Below, in pieces: positions 26,422 to 35,405 of a DNA stretch of 64,000 nt. A model generated the notes under the pieces. That model was given only the letters and a program-made list of their open reading frames with translations, did no database searches and was not told the origin of the DNA. The stretch comes from an uncultured Acidobacteriota bacterium (GTDB lineage Bacteria > Acidobacteriota > Thermoanaerobaculia > UBA5066 > Gp7-AA6), in contig CAVXTP010000009.1 of NCBI GenBank assembly GCA_963764715.1, forward strand, positions 1 to 64,000, written 5' to 3'. The position numbers were made by a program, and so were the translations under genes. Each line of letters opens with the position of its first letter. The stretch's first letter is position 1.

Positions 26422-26912
26422 GACGCGGCTCGCACGCGATCCGGGCCCGCGGCCGGAGCCGGAGTGTCCTCGAGGACCCCGACCCGGTGCTCGTAAGCGA
26501 GCTTTCCGCCGATCCAGCCTCCGGTCCCGAGCAGCGCGAAGCCGAGCAGCGCCAGGCCGAACACGGCCGGCCAGCGGGAGGGCGGGAGGGCCGCCGCGTT
26601 GCGGCGCAGGAAGAAGCTCGAGGCGTAGAGGATGCAGGCCGAGAAGTTGACGACCGCGTGGACGGTCGCGAGGCGGAACGCGCGGCTGCTCATCCGGACG
26701 CCGAGATAGTCCACGGCGCCGAAGACCGCCGCGAGAATCGCGAAGATCAGACCGATGCCGATGCACGTGAACGAAAGGTCGTACCAGAACGGGTCCTCCG
26801 GGCTGACGGTGTGGAGCACGTCGCCCGCGAACGCGATCACGAACGCCCCGATCGGGACGGGTACGAGCAGCGGATGGATCGGGTGGTTTCCGATCGCGGC
26901 CTTGCTCTTCAT
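26418..26912 (-). CDS. DUF2231 membrane protein
   Basis: HPIHPLLVPVPIG..GAVDY..HAVVN..GGWIGGKLAY. Confidence 0.92.
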   Translation of the reverse strand: MKSKAAIGNHPIHPLLVPVPIGAFVIAFAGDVLHTVSPEDPFWYDLSFTCIGIGLIFAILAAVFGAVDYLGVRMSSRAFRLATVHAVVNFSACILYASSFFLRRNAAALPPSRWPAVFGLALLGFALLGTGGWIGGKLAYEHRVGVLEDTPAPAAGPDRVRAAS

Positions 26913-26934
26913 GGCAACCTCCCGAGGGGAGGTG

Positions 26935-26950
26935 TGCAACAGGGGTGCCA
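26935..26950 (-). promoter_or_regulatory. Sigma54 -24/-12 promoter
   Basis: TGGCACCCCTGTTGCA. Confidence 0.82.
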
Positions 26951-27034
26951 CGCGGGGAGGACGGCGATCCTGCTCCGGCGGCGGGTCGTTCCCGCCGCTC
27001 CGGACGGGCGCGAGCGTCGACCGTCCATCGCCGG

Positions 27035-27050
27035 TGGCACCGGGATTGCT
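27035..27050 (+). promoter_or_regulatory. Sigma54 -24/-12 promoter
   Basis: TGGCACCGGGATTGCT; predicted +1 at 27061. Confidence 0.82.
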
Positions 27051-27060
27051 ACACCCAGGA

Positions 27061-27190
27061 AGCAAGGTTCCGTGGAAACTCGAACCGAGCCCTCCAAGAC
27101 ATCCCGCCCCACTCGGACCCGCCCCTTCGGGGGCGGCAGTCCCTTCCCCGGATAGGGGACCGGGCGTGCGGGTTCGCGACGGATCCTGCT
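27061..27190 (+). ncRNA. Candidate ~130-nt structured sigma54-dependent RNA
   Basis: 5' AGCAAGGTTCCGT pairs with 3' ACGGATCCTGCT; nested CGAACC/GGTTCG; cUUCGg hairpin; starts exactly at the predicted +1. Confidence 0.6.
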
Positions 27191-27244
27191 CGACGGCGCA
27201 ACCGCCCGTGGAAGAAAAACTTCCTCTCGCGCAGCGCCACCGGC

Positions 27245-27260
27245 TGGCATGGTGGATGCA
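27245..27260 (+). promoter_or_regulatory. Sigma54 -24/-12 promoter
   Basis: TGGCATGGTGGATGCA. Confidence 0.75.
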
Positions 27261-27284
27261 ACGAGCCTCGTCGGGAGGATCGTC

Positions 27285-27878
27285 ATGAAAAGGGAGCAGG
27301 TGAACGAGCTTTTGCTGCAGGCCCTCGAGACCGAGCTCGGCGGCGTCCAGGTCTACACGAACGCCGTCCGGTGCGCGGTCAACGAGGACCTGCGTGAGGA
27401 ATGGGAGAAGTACCTCGAGCAGACCACCAACCACGTCGAGATCCTGAAGGACGTCTTCGGGAAGCTCGGCCTCGACCCGGATGCCCAGACGCCGGGGCGG
27501 CAGATCGTCCGCCACACGGGCGAATCGCTCGTGCAGGCCATGAAGATGGCGAAGCAGGCGGGCGATCCCAACGCCGCCCAGATCGTGGCTGCGGAGTGCG
27601 TCGTCCTCGCGGAGACCAAGGACCACCTCAACTGGGAGCTGATCGGCGCCGTCGCCGAGAAGGGCGCCGGCAAGAACAAGGAAGTCCTCAAGGCGGCCTG
27701 CGACGAGGTCGAGGAGCAGGAGGACGAGCACCTGTACCACACGACGGGATGGTGCCGGGAGCTCTGGATCGAGTCGCTCGGGATGCCCGCGGTCCTTCCT
27801 CCTCCCGAAGAGGAGAAGGAGGTCAAGACCGCGATCGGCGCCGCCCGCGCCAAGCAATCGCGCGAGGAGCTTCTGTGA
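27285..27878 (+). CDS. Ferritin-like / DUF892-type stress protein
   Basis: QALETELGG..QTTNH..AETKDHLNW..EQEDEHL. Confidence 0.88.
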   Translation: MKREQVNELLLQALETELGGVQVYTNAVRCAVNEDLREEWEKYLEQTTNHVEILKDVFGKLGLDPDAQTPGRQIVRHTGESLVQAMKMAKQAGDPNAAQIVAAECVVLAETKDHLNWELIGAVAEKGAGKNKEVLKAACDEVEEQEDEHLYHTTGWCRELWIESLGMPAVLPPPEEEKEVKTAIGAARAKQSREELL

Positions 27879-28414
27879 ACGACGCGCGCGGCCGGACGGA
27901 GGAGAAGCTCGAGCGCCTGTACGAGCTCGTCCAGGACATCAAGATCGCCATGCTGACGACGCGGCGCCGCGACGGCTCGCTCGTCTCCCGGCCCATGGCG
28001 ACGCAGAGGCGCGCCGACGGCGCGCATTTCTGGTTCGTCACGGCCCGGGGGGTTCCGAAGCTCGACGAGATCGCGGTCGATCCGAACGTCAACCTCGCCT
28101 ACCTGCGCCCCAACGGCCGGGAGTGGGTTTCCGTCTCGGGCGTCGCGCGGATCAGCCGCGCTCGCGCGAAGATCCGGGAGCTCTACGAGCCCGACTGGAA
28201 AATCTGGTTCCCGGACGAGGGCGGCGCGCGCAACGGCGGCCCCGAGGATCCCCGCATGCTGCTCCTGGGAGTCGAGGCCCGGACGGCCCACTTCCTGACG
28301 ACCGACAAGCCGGCGCCCGTCGTGCTCTTCGAGTACGTCAAGGGCCTCGTCACGCGCCGGATGCCGGAGATCGGCGAGGTCGAGACGGTCTCGGCGGGCG
28401 AGCTCCATGACTGA
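27875..28414 (+). CDS. Pyridoxamine 5'-phosphate oxidase-like general stress protein
   Basis: IKIAMLTT..LVSRPMAT..WVSVSG..WFP..GPEDP. Confidence 0.9.
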   Translation: MNDARGRTEEKLERLYELVQDIKIAMLTTRRRDGSLVSRPMATQRRADGAHFWFVTARGVPKLDEIAVDPNVNLAYLRPNGREWVSVSGVARISRARAKIRELYEPDWKIWFPDEGGARNGGPEDPRMLLLGVEARTAHFLTTDKPAPVVLFEYVKGLVTRRMPEIGEVETVSAGELHD

Positions 28415-28607
28415 GCGGGAGCCGGCCGGGGGCGGCGCCCGGCCGATCGACGATCCGATCCCGGAGGAGCCGATCATCGACGAGCCCGGGCGGGTCGTTC
28501 CCGTCGTCGATCCCCGTCGGCCCGATGCGCCCGCTCCGGTCCGCGAGCCGGCGCCTTCGACGGGGCCGCCGCAGACGCCGGGCGGCGGGACCGTCTCCCC
28601 GGGCTAA
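28407..28607 (+). CDS. Small Pro-rich hypothetical protein
   Basis: Overlaps the upstream stop and fills the gap to the ABC operon. Confidence 0.5.
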   Translation: MTEREPAGGGARPIDDPIPEEPIIDEPGRVVPVVDPRRPDAPAPVREPAPSTGPPQTPGGGTVSPG

Positions 28608-28620
28608 GATCCGGGGCCGG

Positions 28621-29337
28621 ATGAGCCCCGATCGCGAGACGCCCCCGCCCCTGCCCTTGGTCGAGGCGCGGGGGCTTTCGCGCTCCTATCGCCTCGGCGA
28701 AGCCCTCGTTCCCGCGATCCGCGGGGTCTCGCTCGAGGTGCGGCCCGGCGAATTCGTGGCGCTGCGGGGCCCGAGCGGCTCCGGCAAGACGACCCTGCTG
28801 AACCTTCTCGGCCTGCTCGACCGTCCGGACGCCGGGGAGGTCCGCGTCGAGGGGCGTATGGGCGAGGGCCTGACGGAGAACGAGCGATCGGACCTGCGGC
28901 GCGACCGCTTCGGCTTCATCTTCCAGACTTTCAACCTGATTCCCGTCCTCACGGCCGAGGAAAACGTGAGCTACCCGCTGGCGCTCGCCGGAGCCGACGC
29001 CTCCGCTCGCCGCGAGCGCGCCCGCGAGCTCCTCGCGGCCGTCGGCCTGCCCGAAAAGGCGGGTGTCCGGCCGGACCTGCTCTCCGGAGGCCAGCGTCAG
29101 CGCGTCGCGATCGCGCGGGCCCTCGCCAACCGCCCGGCGCTCGTCTTCGCCGACGAGCCCACCGCCAGCCTCGACAGCCGGACGGCCGAAGGGATCCTCG
29201 AACTGATGCGCGAGTTCAACGCCTCGCGCGGCGTGGCCTTTCTCTTCGCCACGCACGATCCCCGGGTCGTCGAGCGCGCGCGGCGCGTCGTGTCCCTCCA
29301 CGACGGCGAGATCGAGAGCGACGAGACCGCGGCATGA
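28621..29337 (+). CDS. ABC transporter ATP-binding protein (LolD/MacB-like)
   Basis: GPSGSGKT, LSGGQRQRVAIARAL, DEPT. Confidence 0.95.
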   Translation: MSPDRETPPPLPLVEARGLSRSYRLGEALVPAIRGVSLEVRPGEFVALRGPSGSGKTTLLNLLGLLDRPDAGEVRVEGRMGEGLTENERSDLRRDRFGFIFQTFNLIPVLTAEENVSYPLALAGADASARRERARELLAAVGLPEKAGVRPDLLSGGQRQRVAIARALANRPALVFADEPTASLDSRTAEGILELMREFNASRGVAFLFATHDPRVVERARRVVSLHDGEIESDETAA

Positions 29338-30557
29338 GCCCGATCGCGTTCGCCTGGCGCAACCTCGTCCGCCAGAAGCGGCGGAGCCTGCTGATGATCG
29401 CCGTCGTGGCCTTCGGCTTCGCCTCGTTCGCCCTGGCCGGCGGATTCATCGCCCAGTCCTTCGAGGCCCTGCGCGAGGGCACGATCCGGAGCGTCGGCCA
29501 CCTCCAGCTCATGGACCGACGCGCCCTGGGCCGCGCGGAGGAGGCGACACTCGAATTCGGCATCCATGATTCCGCCCGGGCGCGGGCGGCCGCGGCGAAG
29601 GACCCCGACGTCGCGGCCGTGCTTCCGCGGATCGACTTCGTCGGCCTCGCGACCACGGGCACGCGGTCGGTGCCGTTCCTCGGCGCGGGCGTGGATCCCG
29701 GGCCCGAGGCGGCGGCGACGCTCGCCAACGATCTCGTCGTCTCGGGCAAGTACCTCTCGCGGGAGGCCGAGGAGGGGATCATCCTCGGCACCGGCCTGGC
29801 CGCGGCGCTCGACGCGAAGGTCGGCAGCCGCGTGACGCTCATGGCGACGACGCCCGACGGCTCGCTCAACGCCGTCGACGGGATCGTCCAGGGGCTTTCC
29901 GACGTGAAGTTCAAGGAGCTCAACGACCGGTACCTCGCGGCCGGCCTGCCGCTCGTCGCGAGGCTCCTCCAGAGCGGCGAGACGGTCACCAAGCTCGTCG
30001 TGTTCCTCAAGCCCGGCGCCAACGAGGAGAAGGCCGCCTCCCGCCTCGGGACGGCCCTCGCCGCGGCCGGCTTCCCGGTCGCCGTCCAGCGCTGGCAGGA
30101 CCTCGCCGTCTTCTACGGCCAGGTCAAGCTCCTCTACATCGGGATCTTCGGGTTCGTCGGCGCGGTCCTCGTCGTGATCGTGATCCTCTCGGCGGCGATC
30201 GTCATGACGATGGCCGTGACCGAGCGGACCCGCGAGATCGGGACTCTGCGGGCGCTCGGTACGCGGCCGTCCGGGATCCTCCGGATGTTTCTGGCCGAGG
30301 GGGTCGTCATCGCCGCGGCCGGGTGCGTCGCCGGAACGGTCATCGCCCTCGTCGTCCGCGCCGCGCTGAACGCGTCGGGCATCATGCTGCCGCCCCCGCC
30401 GGGCGCGACGACCGGCACGCCCATCCACGTGAATTTCTACGCCCTGGCCTACGTCGCCGGGCTCGCCGCGATGCTCGCGACGATGGCGATCGCGGCGTAC
30501 TTCCCGGCGCGCCGCGCCTCGCGCGTCGCGATCGTCGAGGCGCTGACGCATGTTTAG
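29334..30557 (+). CDS. ABC transporter permease (FtsX/LolE-like)
   Basis: AWRNL.., ERTREIGTLRALG, PARRASR. Confidence 0.93.
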   Translation: MSPIAFAWRNLVRQKRRSLLMIAVVAFGFASFALAGGFIAQSFEALREGTIRSVGHLQLMDRRALGRAEEATLEFGIHDSARARAAAAKDPDVAAVLPRIDFVGLATTGTRSVPFLGAGVDPGPEAAATLANDLVVSGKYLSREAEEGIILGTGLAAALDAKVGSRVTLMATTPDGSLNAVDGIVQGLSDVKFKELNDRYLAAGLPLVARLLQSGETVTKLVVFLKPGANEEKAASRLGTALAAAGFPVAVQRWQDLAVFYGQVKLLYIGIFGFVGAVLVVIVILSAAIVMTMAVTERTREIGTLRALGTRPSGILRMFLAEGVVIAAAGCVAGTVIALVVRAALNASGIMLPPPPGATTGTPIHVNFYALAYVAGLAAMLATMAIAAYFPARRASRVAIVEALTHV

Positions 30558-31287
30558 GGCGGCGGCCGTCGCCGTCTTCGCCGCGGCGCTCGCCTCGGAG
30601 CCCTCCGCGTCCGACGTCCAGGCCTGGCTCGCCGGGGTCGACTCCGCGCGCAACGCCTTCGGCGAGGCGAAGATCCGGGCCCGCGCGACGCAGGTCGAGG
30701 ACGGAAAGACGGCCGGCTCCGCCGACTTCGACATCTACGTGAAGGGCCGCGACAAAGCCCTCATCGTCTTCCGGGGCGGCAAGAACGACGGCCGCAAGGC
30801 CCTGACCGTGGGCCCGAAAATGTGGCTCATCGTGCCGGGCACGGAGAACCCCGTGCCGATCACCGCGAACCAGCGCCTGATGGGCGGGGCCTCCTTCGGC
30901 GACGTCGCCCAGATGCGCTTCGCCGAGGACTTCGACGCGAAGCTCCGGCCGGGCACCGAAAAGGTCGGCGACCGGGAGTGCCGCGTGATCGACCTGACGG
31001 CGAAGGCCGCCGGAGCGCCCTACCCGCGCGTCACCCTCTGGATCGACGCCGAGGGAGAGAGGCTGCCGCGCCGGCTCCTCCTCTTCCTGCCGTCGGGCAA
31101 GGAAGCCCGGGAGGTCGACTTCACCGGCTTCCGGAAGGTGCGCGACAAGACCGTCGTCGCCGAGATGGAGATCCGCGACCGTCTCGGTCCTCAGTCGAAG
31201 GCGATGACCCGGCTGGAGTACCTCGACATCCAGCCCGCGAAGATCGACGACAGGGTCTTCACGGCCGAGGGCGCGAAGGCGATGTAG
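30550..31287 (+). CDS. Outer-membrane lipoprotein-sorting (LolA-like) protein
   Basis: Signal peptide; QRLMGGASFGD; operon context. Confidence 0.8.
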   Translation: MFRAAAVAVFAAALASEPSASDVQAWLAGVDSARNAFGEAKIRARATQVEDGKTAGSADFDIYVKGRDKALIVFRGGKNDGRKALTVGPKMWLIVPGTENPVPITANQRLMGGASFGDVAQMRFAEDFDAKLRPGTEKVGDRECRVIDLTAKAAGAPYPRVTLWIDAEGERLPRRLLLFLPSGKEAREVDFTGFRKVRDKTVVAEMEIRDRLGPQSKAMTRLEYLDIQPAKIDDRVFTAEGAKAM

Positions 31288-32413
31288 CCGCGAGGCGGCC
31301 GACGGCGAAACGCGCCACGCCCGGGCCCGCCAGGCGCGCCGCCCAGCGGCCCGCCGCCGGCGAGAGCATCAGCCGCCGGAACGCGGCGCTCCAGGCGAAG
31401 CGCCCCCGAAACGCCGCGCGCCACGCTCGTGCGTACTCGGCGGGGACCGAGGCGAAGGAAATCTCCCCGGCGAGACCGCGCCGCACGGTTTCCGCCGCGA
31501 GGATCCCGGATGCCAGGGCCGACGCCTGGCCCTCGCCCGAGAAGGGATCGATGACGCCGGCCGTGTCGCCCACCATCAGAATCCCGTTCTCGACGGCGGG
31601 CCGTGCGGCGAACAGGACCGGCCCCGCCCCGCGAAATCCCGCGTCGTCGGGCGAGAGGCCCTGGAGCGCCCGGTCGAGATCGGGATTGGAGCGCCGGGCG
31701 TGGGCGAGGACCGCCGGCCAGCCGCCGCCGAGGGCGGCGCGGCGCTTTTCGGAGACGACGCCGGCGAGGTGGACGCGCCCTCCCTCGACGCGGGAGAGGC
31801 CGCAGTAACCTCCGGGAAAGACGTAGAGCCGGACCTCGCCCGCGAGCGCGGCGTCCGGCGCGAAGTCGAGAGCCCACCCAAGGTACCTCGCCGGCGCGCC
31901 CGGGAGCGCGCGGCCGATCGAACGGTCGAGCGCGTCCCAGCGTCCCCAGGCGCCGATCGCCGCGCGGGCCTCGATCTCCGCCTCCTCGCCGCCGGCGCGG
32001 AAGCGGACGCGGTAGCGGCCGGGGGCGCCTTCGACGCTCGTCACGCGCGCGCCGAAGAGGGCTTCGGCTCCGAGCTCGGCGGCGCGGGCGGCGAGAAGGA
32101 GGTCGATCCTCTCCCGGGACAATCCCGCGCCGGGCCGCGGCAGGACGAACGGGACGGCGGCCCCGCCGTGGGCCGGGTGGATCACGCCCCGCTCGATGCG
32201 CTCGGCCTCGGCGACGACCGCCGAGCGCAGGCCGAGCGGCTCCAGGCGCTCGAGCGCCGAGGGGGACAGGAATTCGCCGCAGACCTTGGGCCGCGGGAAC
32301 CGGTCCTTCTCGAGGAGAAGGACCTCGCGCCCCGCCCGGGCGAGCGTCGCCGCGGCCGCGGAGCCCGCGGGCCCGGCGCCGACCACGACCGCATCGTAGG
32401 GTGCGCGCGGCAT
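31259..32413 (-). CDS. FAD-dependent oxidoreductase (geranylgeranyl reductase-like)
   Basis: VVGAGPAG, FPRPKVCGEFLS, GDTAG..PFSGEG. Confidence 0.9.
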   Translation of the reverse strand: MPRAPYDAVVVGAGPAGSAAAATLARAGREVLLLEKDRFPRPKVCGEFLSPSALERLEPLGLRSAVVAEAERIERGVIHPAHGGAAVPFVLPRPGAGLSRERIDLLLAARAAELGAEALFGARVTSVEGAPGRYRVRFRAGGEEAEIEARAAIGAWGRWDALDRSIGRALPGAPARYLGWALDFAPDAALAGEVRLYVFPGGYCGLSRVEGGRVHLAGVVSEKRRAALGGGWPAVLAHARRSNPDLDRALQGLSPDDAGFRGAGPVLFAARPAVENGILMVGDTAGVIDPFSGEGQASALASGILAAETVRRGLAGEISFASVPAEYARAWRAAFRGRFAWSAAFRRLMLSPAAGRWAARLAGPGVARFAVGRLAATSPSRPRP

Positions 32414-33114
32414 CAGGCGCCTCCCCACACGAGGAGGCGGAACGGAAAGACGCGCCGCGCCCGCGCCCGCGCGTCGACCGAGCGGGCCACCTCGAGCGCC
32501 TCGTCGGGCGTGTAGGCCTGGCGAACGGAGGCGGCCCCGTCCTCGACCGAGATCCGGGCCTGGAACAGGAGCGGCCCGGCGAGCGAGACGAAGAGCTCGG
32601 GAACGCGGTGGCGCCGCAGGTCGAGCACGGCGAATCCTCGCCGGGACACGCGCCGAAACTCGCCGAGCAGCCGCCGGTTTTCCTCGGGGGAGAAATGATG
32701 GAAGAAGAGCGTCGAGACGGCGAAGTCGAAGGCCCCGTCCCGAAAGGGCAGCGCGAAGGCGTCCGCGGCGACCGGCGAGGGCGGCCCCCCGGCGGCGAGC
32801 GCCCGGCCGGCCGCGAGGTGCCGCCACTGGAGGTCGAGCGCGACGACGGTCGTCTGCAGGCCGGCGTCGGAAAGCGACCGGCGCAGACGCCACGCCACGT
32901 CGCCCGAGCCCGCCCCGACGTCGAGCACGGCCACGCGGGCGCCGGTCAGCGAGCGCGCCCGGCTCCGGAGGTGCCGTTCGAGCGCCCGCGACGCGCCCCA
33001 CCGGCGGTTCACCAGCTGGAGATCGGCGAGCGACCGCCGCATCTCTCCGGCGGGAAGGTTCGGATCGTCGAGGCGCTCCCGCGACGGCCGGCGCGGCGGA
33101 ACGAAAAACGACAT
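32413..33114 (-). CDS. SAM-dependent methyltransferase-like protein
   Basis: VLDVGAGSGD, STLFFHHF, DGAASVRQAY. Confidence 0.88.
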   Translation of the reverse strand: MSFFVPPRRPSRERLDDPNLPAGEMRRSLADLQLVNRRWGASRALERHLRSRARSLTGARVAVLDVGAGSGDVAWRLRRSLSDAGLQTTVVALDLQWRHLAAGRALAAGGPPSPVAADAFALPFRDGAFDFAVSTLFFHHFSPEENRRLLGEFRRVSRRGFAVLDLRRHRVPELFVSLAGPLLFQARISVEDGAASVRQAYTPDEALEVARSVDARARARRVFPFRLLVWGGA

Positions 33115-33122
33115 CCCGCCCG

Positions 33123-33296
33123 TCAGGCTCCGCGGGCCACCACGAGGGTGCTGTTCCTGGAGCCGAGACCGGTGCAGTTGCAGAGCCGGTCGATGCCGCT
33201 CTTTCCGCGGGCGAGGGCCCGCGCGTTCGCTTCGCGCCCCGTGCCGTTGGGAGGCAGGCAGCCGATGCCGGTGATGCCGATGCGGCGCCCTCCCAT
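33123..33296 (-). pseudogene. FabF-like ketosynthase remnant (N+C termini fused in frame)
   Basis: MGGRRIGITGIGCLPPNGTGRE..GKSGIDR joined to LCNCTGLGSRNSTLVVAR; GGAGG RBS. Confidence 0.7.
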
Positions 33297-33357
33297 ACCT
33301 CCATCGTATGCGGCGCGCGTGCCATTCGTCCGCCCGCCTGAGAAAGGGCTAACCCCG

Positions 33358-34146
33358 CTACGGCGGCGCGTTCTCCTCGAACCACCGGTCGAGGAGGCGG
33401 AGCAGGCGCAGGGGGACGAATTTCACCAGTCCGTCGGCGTGGAGGGCCCCCGGGAGGTCCAGGTGCACGTGCTCCACGGGCTCGGCCGCGGACCGCGCGA
33501 GGGCCCGCCCGTGCGAGGGGTCCACCAGCCAGTCCCCCTCGGAGGTCACGATCAGCTTGGGGATGGCGAGCATCGCGACGGCGTCCGACGCCCGGGGCTT
33601 CCTCCGGGCGAGTTGCCGGGCCGCGAGCCGAGGCACCTTCATGGCGTGCCGCAGCCGCACCTGCCGGATGGCGCCGGCCTTCCAGGGCTTGGGGCGCAGG
33701 GACCCGAAATCCGCCGGCGAGGAAACCATGGCCAGGGCCCGGCAGGGCAGATCGGGCCGCATGGCCAGGGCCTGGGCGGCGATCGACCCGCCCATGGATA
33801 GCCCCAGGACGGCGAAGCGGTCGTAGAGACGCCCGGCTCCCACGAGCTCGCCGATGACGGCGTGGAAGTCGTGGTGCTCCGAGATTCCGAAAGCGTAGCC
33901 GCCCTCGCTGTCCCCGTGGCCGCGAAAGTCGAGCGCGGCGACGTCGTAGCCCCGCCGGAGGAAATGGTTGGCGAGGAAGAGATTCTCCTTCGCCAGGCGC
34001 ACGCGCCAGAAGCCGGGCGCGAGCACGAGGAGCTCCCGCGACGGCCGGCGCCAGAGCGTGTAGGCGATCGAGACGCCGTCGTGGGCCGGCGCGCGCCGGT
34101 GCGAGATCTCGTGCGACGTCGACTTGGGCGAGGCGCGCCGCGTCAT
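33358..34146 (-). CDS. Alpha/beta hydrolase
   Basis: DFRGHGDS, GLSMG, GDWLVD, LHAD. Confidence 0.88.
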   Translation of the reverse strand: MTRRASPKSTSHEISHRRAPAHDGVSIAYTLWRRPSRELLVLAPGFWRVRLAKENLFLANHFLRRGYDVAALDFRGHGDSEGGYAFGISEHHDFHAVIGELVGAGRLYDRFAVLGLSMGGSIAAQALAMRPDLPCRALAMVSSPADFGSLRPKPWKAGAIRQVRLRHAMKVPRLAARQLARRKPRASDAVAMLAIPKLIVTSEGDWLVDPSHGRALARSAAEPVEHVHLDLPGALHADGLVKFVPLRLLRLLDRWFEENAPP

Positions 34147-35348
34147 CTCTCGAGCCGCAGGCAGTCGACGGTCGAGCCCTCGGCGAGGCGGTCGACGTCC
34201 GCCGGGATCCGGATGAGCGCGTTCGCCCGTCCGTGCGCCGCGAGGTCGTGGCTGCCGAGGCTCTCGACCGGCGCGACCCGCAGCCGTCCGTCGTCGGACG
34301 CGTCGAGGACGGCGTCGCGATAGGTCTCCCGCCGGCCGCGCACGAGGATCTCGCGCTCGAGGCGCGCGCGGGTCGCCGGGGCGCCGGGGCGCGCCGCGCC
34401 CTCGAGGCAGTCGAGCGCGAAGCGCACGAACAGGTGGAAGCAGACGCTGGCCGAGACGGGGTTTCCGGGCAGGCCGAACCAGAACGTACCGCCCCGGCGG
34501 CCGAACGCCACGGGCCTTCCGGGGCGGACGGCCACGCGGTGAAAGAGGATCTCGAAGCCCGCGCGCGCGGCTTCCTCCGGGAGGAGGTCGAGGTCGCCGG
34601 CGGACACGCCGCCGCTCGTGAGGAGGACGTCTTCCGCTCGGCCCGCCTCGCGGAAGAGGCGCGCGACGGCTCCGTCCTCGTCGGGCACGGCCGGCCGGGT
34701 GGAGGCGATCCGGCCCGTCGCCCCGCAGAGGGCCGCGAGCATCGGCCCGTTGGAATCGCGCAGCTGTCCGGGTCCCGGTTTCGTGGCGGCGGGCACGAGC
34801 TCGTTTCCGGTCACGGCGATCGCGATCCGCGGGCGGCGGCCGACGTCGACCGGGTCCGCGCCCGCCAGCGCCGCGAGCGCGATCCCGGCCGCCGAGAGGC
34901 GCTCCCCGCGCGCGAGCAGCCGGACGCCCGCCGCGATGCTTTCGCCGCGGCGCCGGACGTGCTCGCCGGCGCGCGGGACGACGCCCGGACGCACCCGGCC
35001 CGCTTCGCGCCGGACGTCCTCGACGGCGACGACCGCCTCGGTCCCCGCCGGGATGGGCGCTCCCGTCATCACGCGCACGGCCTCGCCCGGAGAGATGGGC
35101 GCCGGGGGGCGGTCGCCCGCCGCGACGAGGCCGGGGCGCTCCGCGAGATCGGCGCCGGCGGCCGCGACGTCCGCGAGCCGCACGGCGTAACCGTCCATCG
35201 CCGACGTGTCGAAGGGAGGCCAGTCGACGTCGGAGGCGAGGTCGCGCGCGAGAAACCGCCCGGATGCCTCCGAGAGCGGGACCCGCTCGGGCGCGCCCGG
35301 CGTGCAGGCGCGGCGAAGGACGTCCAGGGCCTCGGCGACGGTGATCAC
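34143..35348 (-). CDS. moeA: Molybdopterin molybdotransferase
   Basis: PPFDTSAMDGYA, VMTGAPIP, TSGGVSAGD, GLPGNPVS. Confidence 0.96.
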   Translation of the reverse strand: MITVAEALDVLRRACTPGAPERVPLSEASGRFLARDLASDVDWPPFDTSAMDGYAVRLADVAAAGADLAERPGLVAAGDRPPAPISPGEAVRVMTGAPIPAGTEAVVAVEDVRREAGRVRPGVVPRAGEHVRRRGESIAAGVRLLARGERLSAAGIALAALAGADPVDVGRRPRIAIAVTGNELVPAATKPGPGQLRDSNGPMLAALCGATGRIASTRPAVPDEDGAVARLFREAGRAEDVLLTSGGVSAGDLDLLPEEAARAGFEILFHRVAVRPGRPVAFGRRGGTFWFGLPGNPVSASVCFHLFVRFALDCLEGAARPGAPATRARLEREILVRGRRETYRDAVLDASDDGRLRVAPVESLGSHDLAAHGRANALIRIPADVDRLAEGSTVDCLRLER

Positions 35349-35405
35349 GCGGCGATTCTACGGCGTCGGGCCCGGGCGCCGCGGGGCCTGCTACCATTCG
35401 CCGCC

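Noticed and set aside
27072-27155. 27-aa ORF VETRTEPSKTSRPTRTRPFGGGSPFPG as a RiPP precursor
   Set aside because: Its possible SD lies mostly upstream of the predicted +1, no modifying enzymes are nearby, and RNA structure explains the region better.
3279-28607. Stress island as a mobile element or prophage
   Set aside because: No integrase, transposase, tRNA target, att repeats or obvious compositional shift seen.
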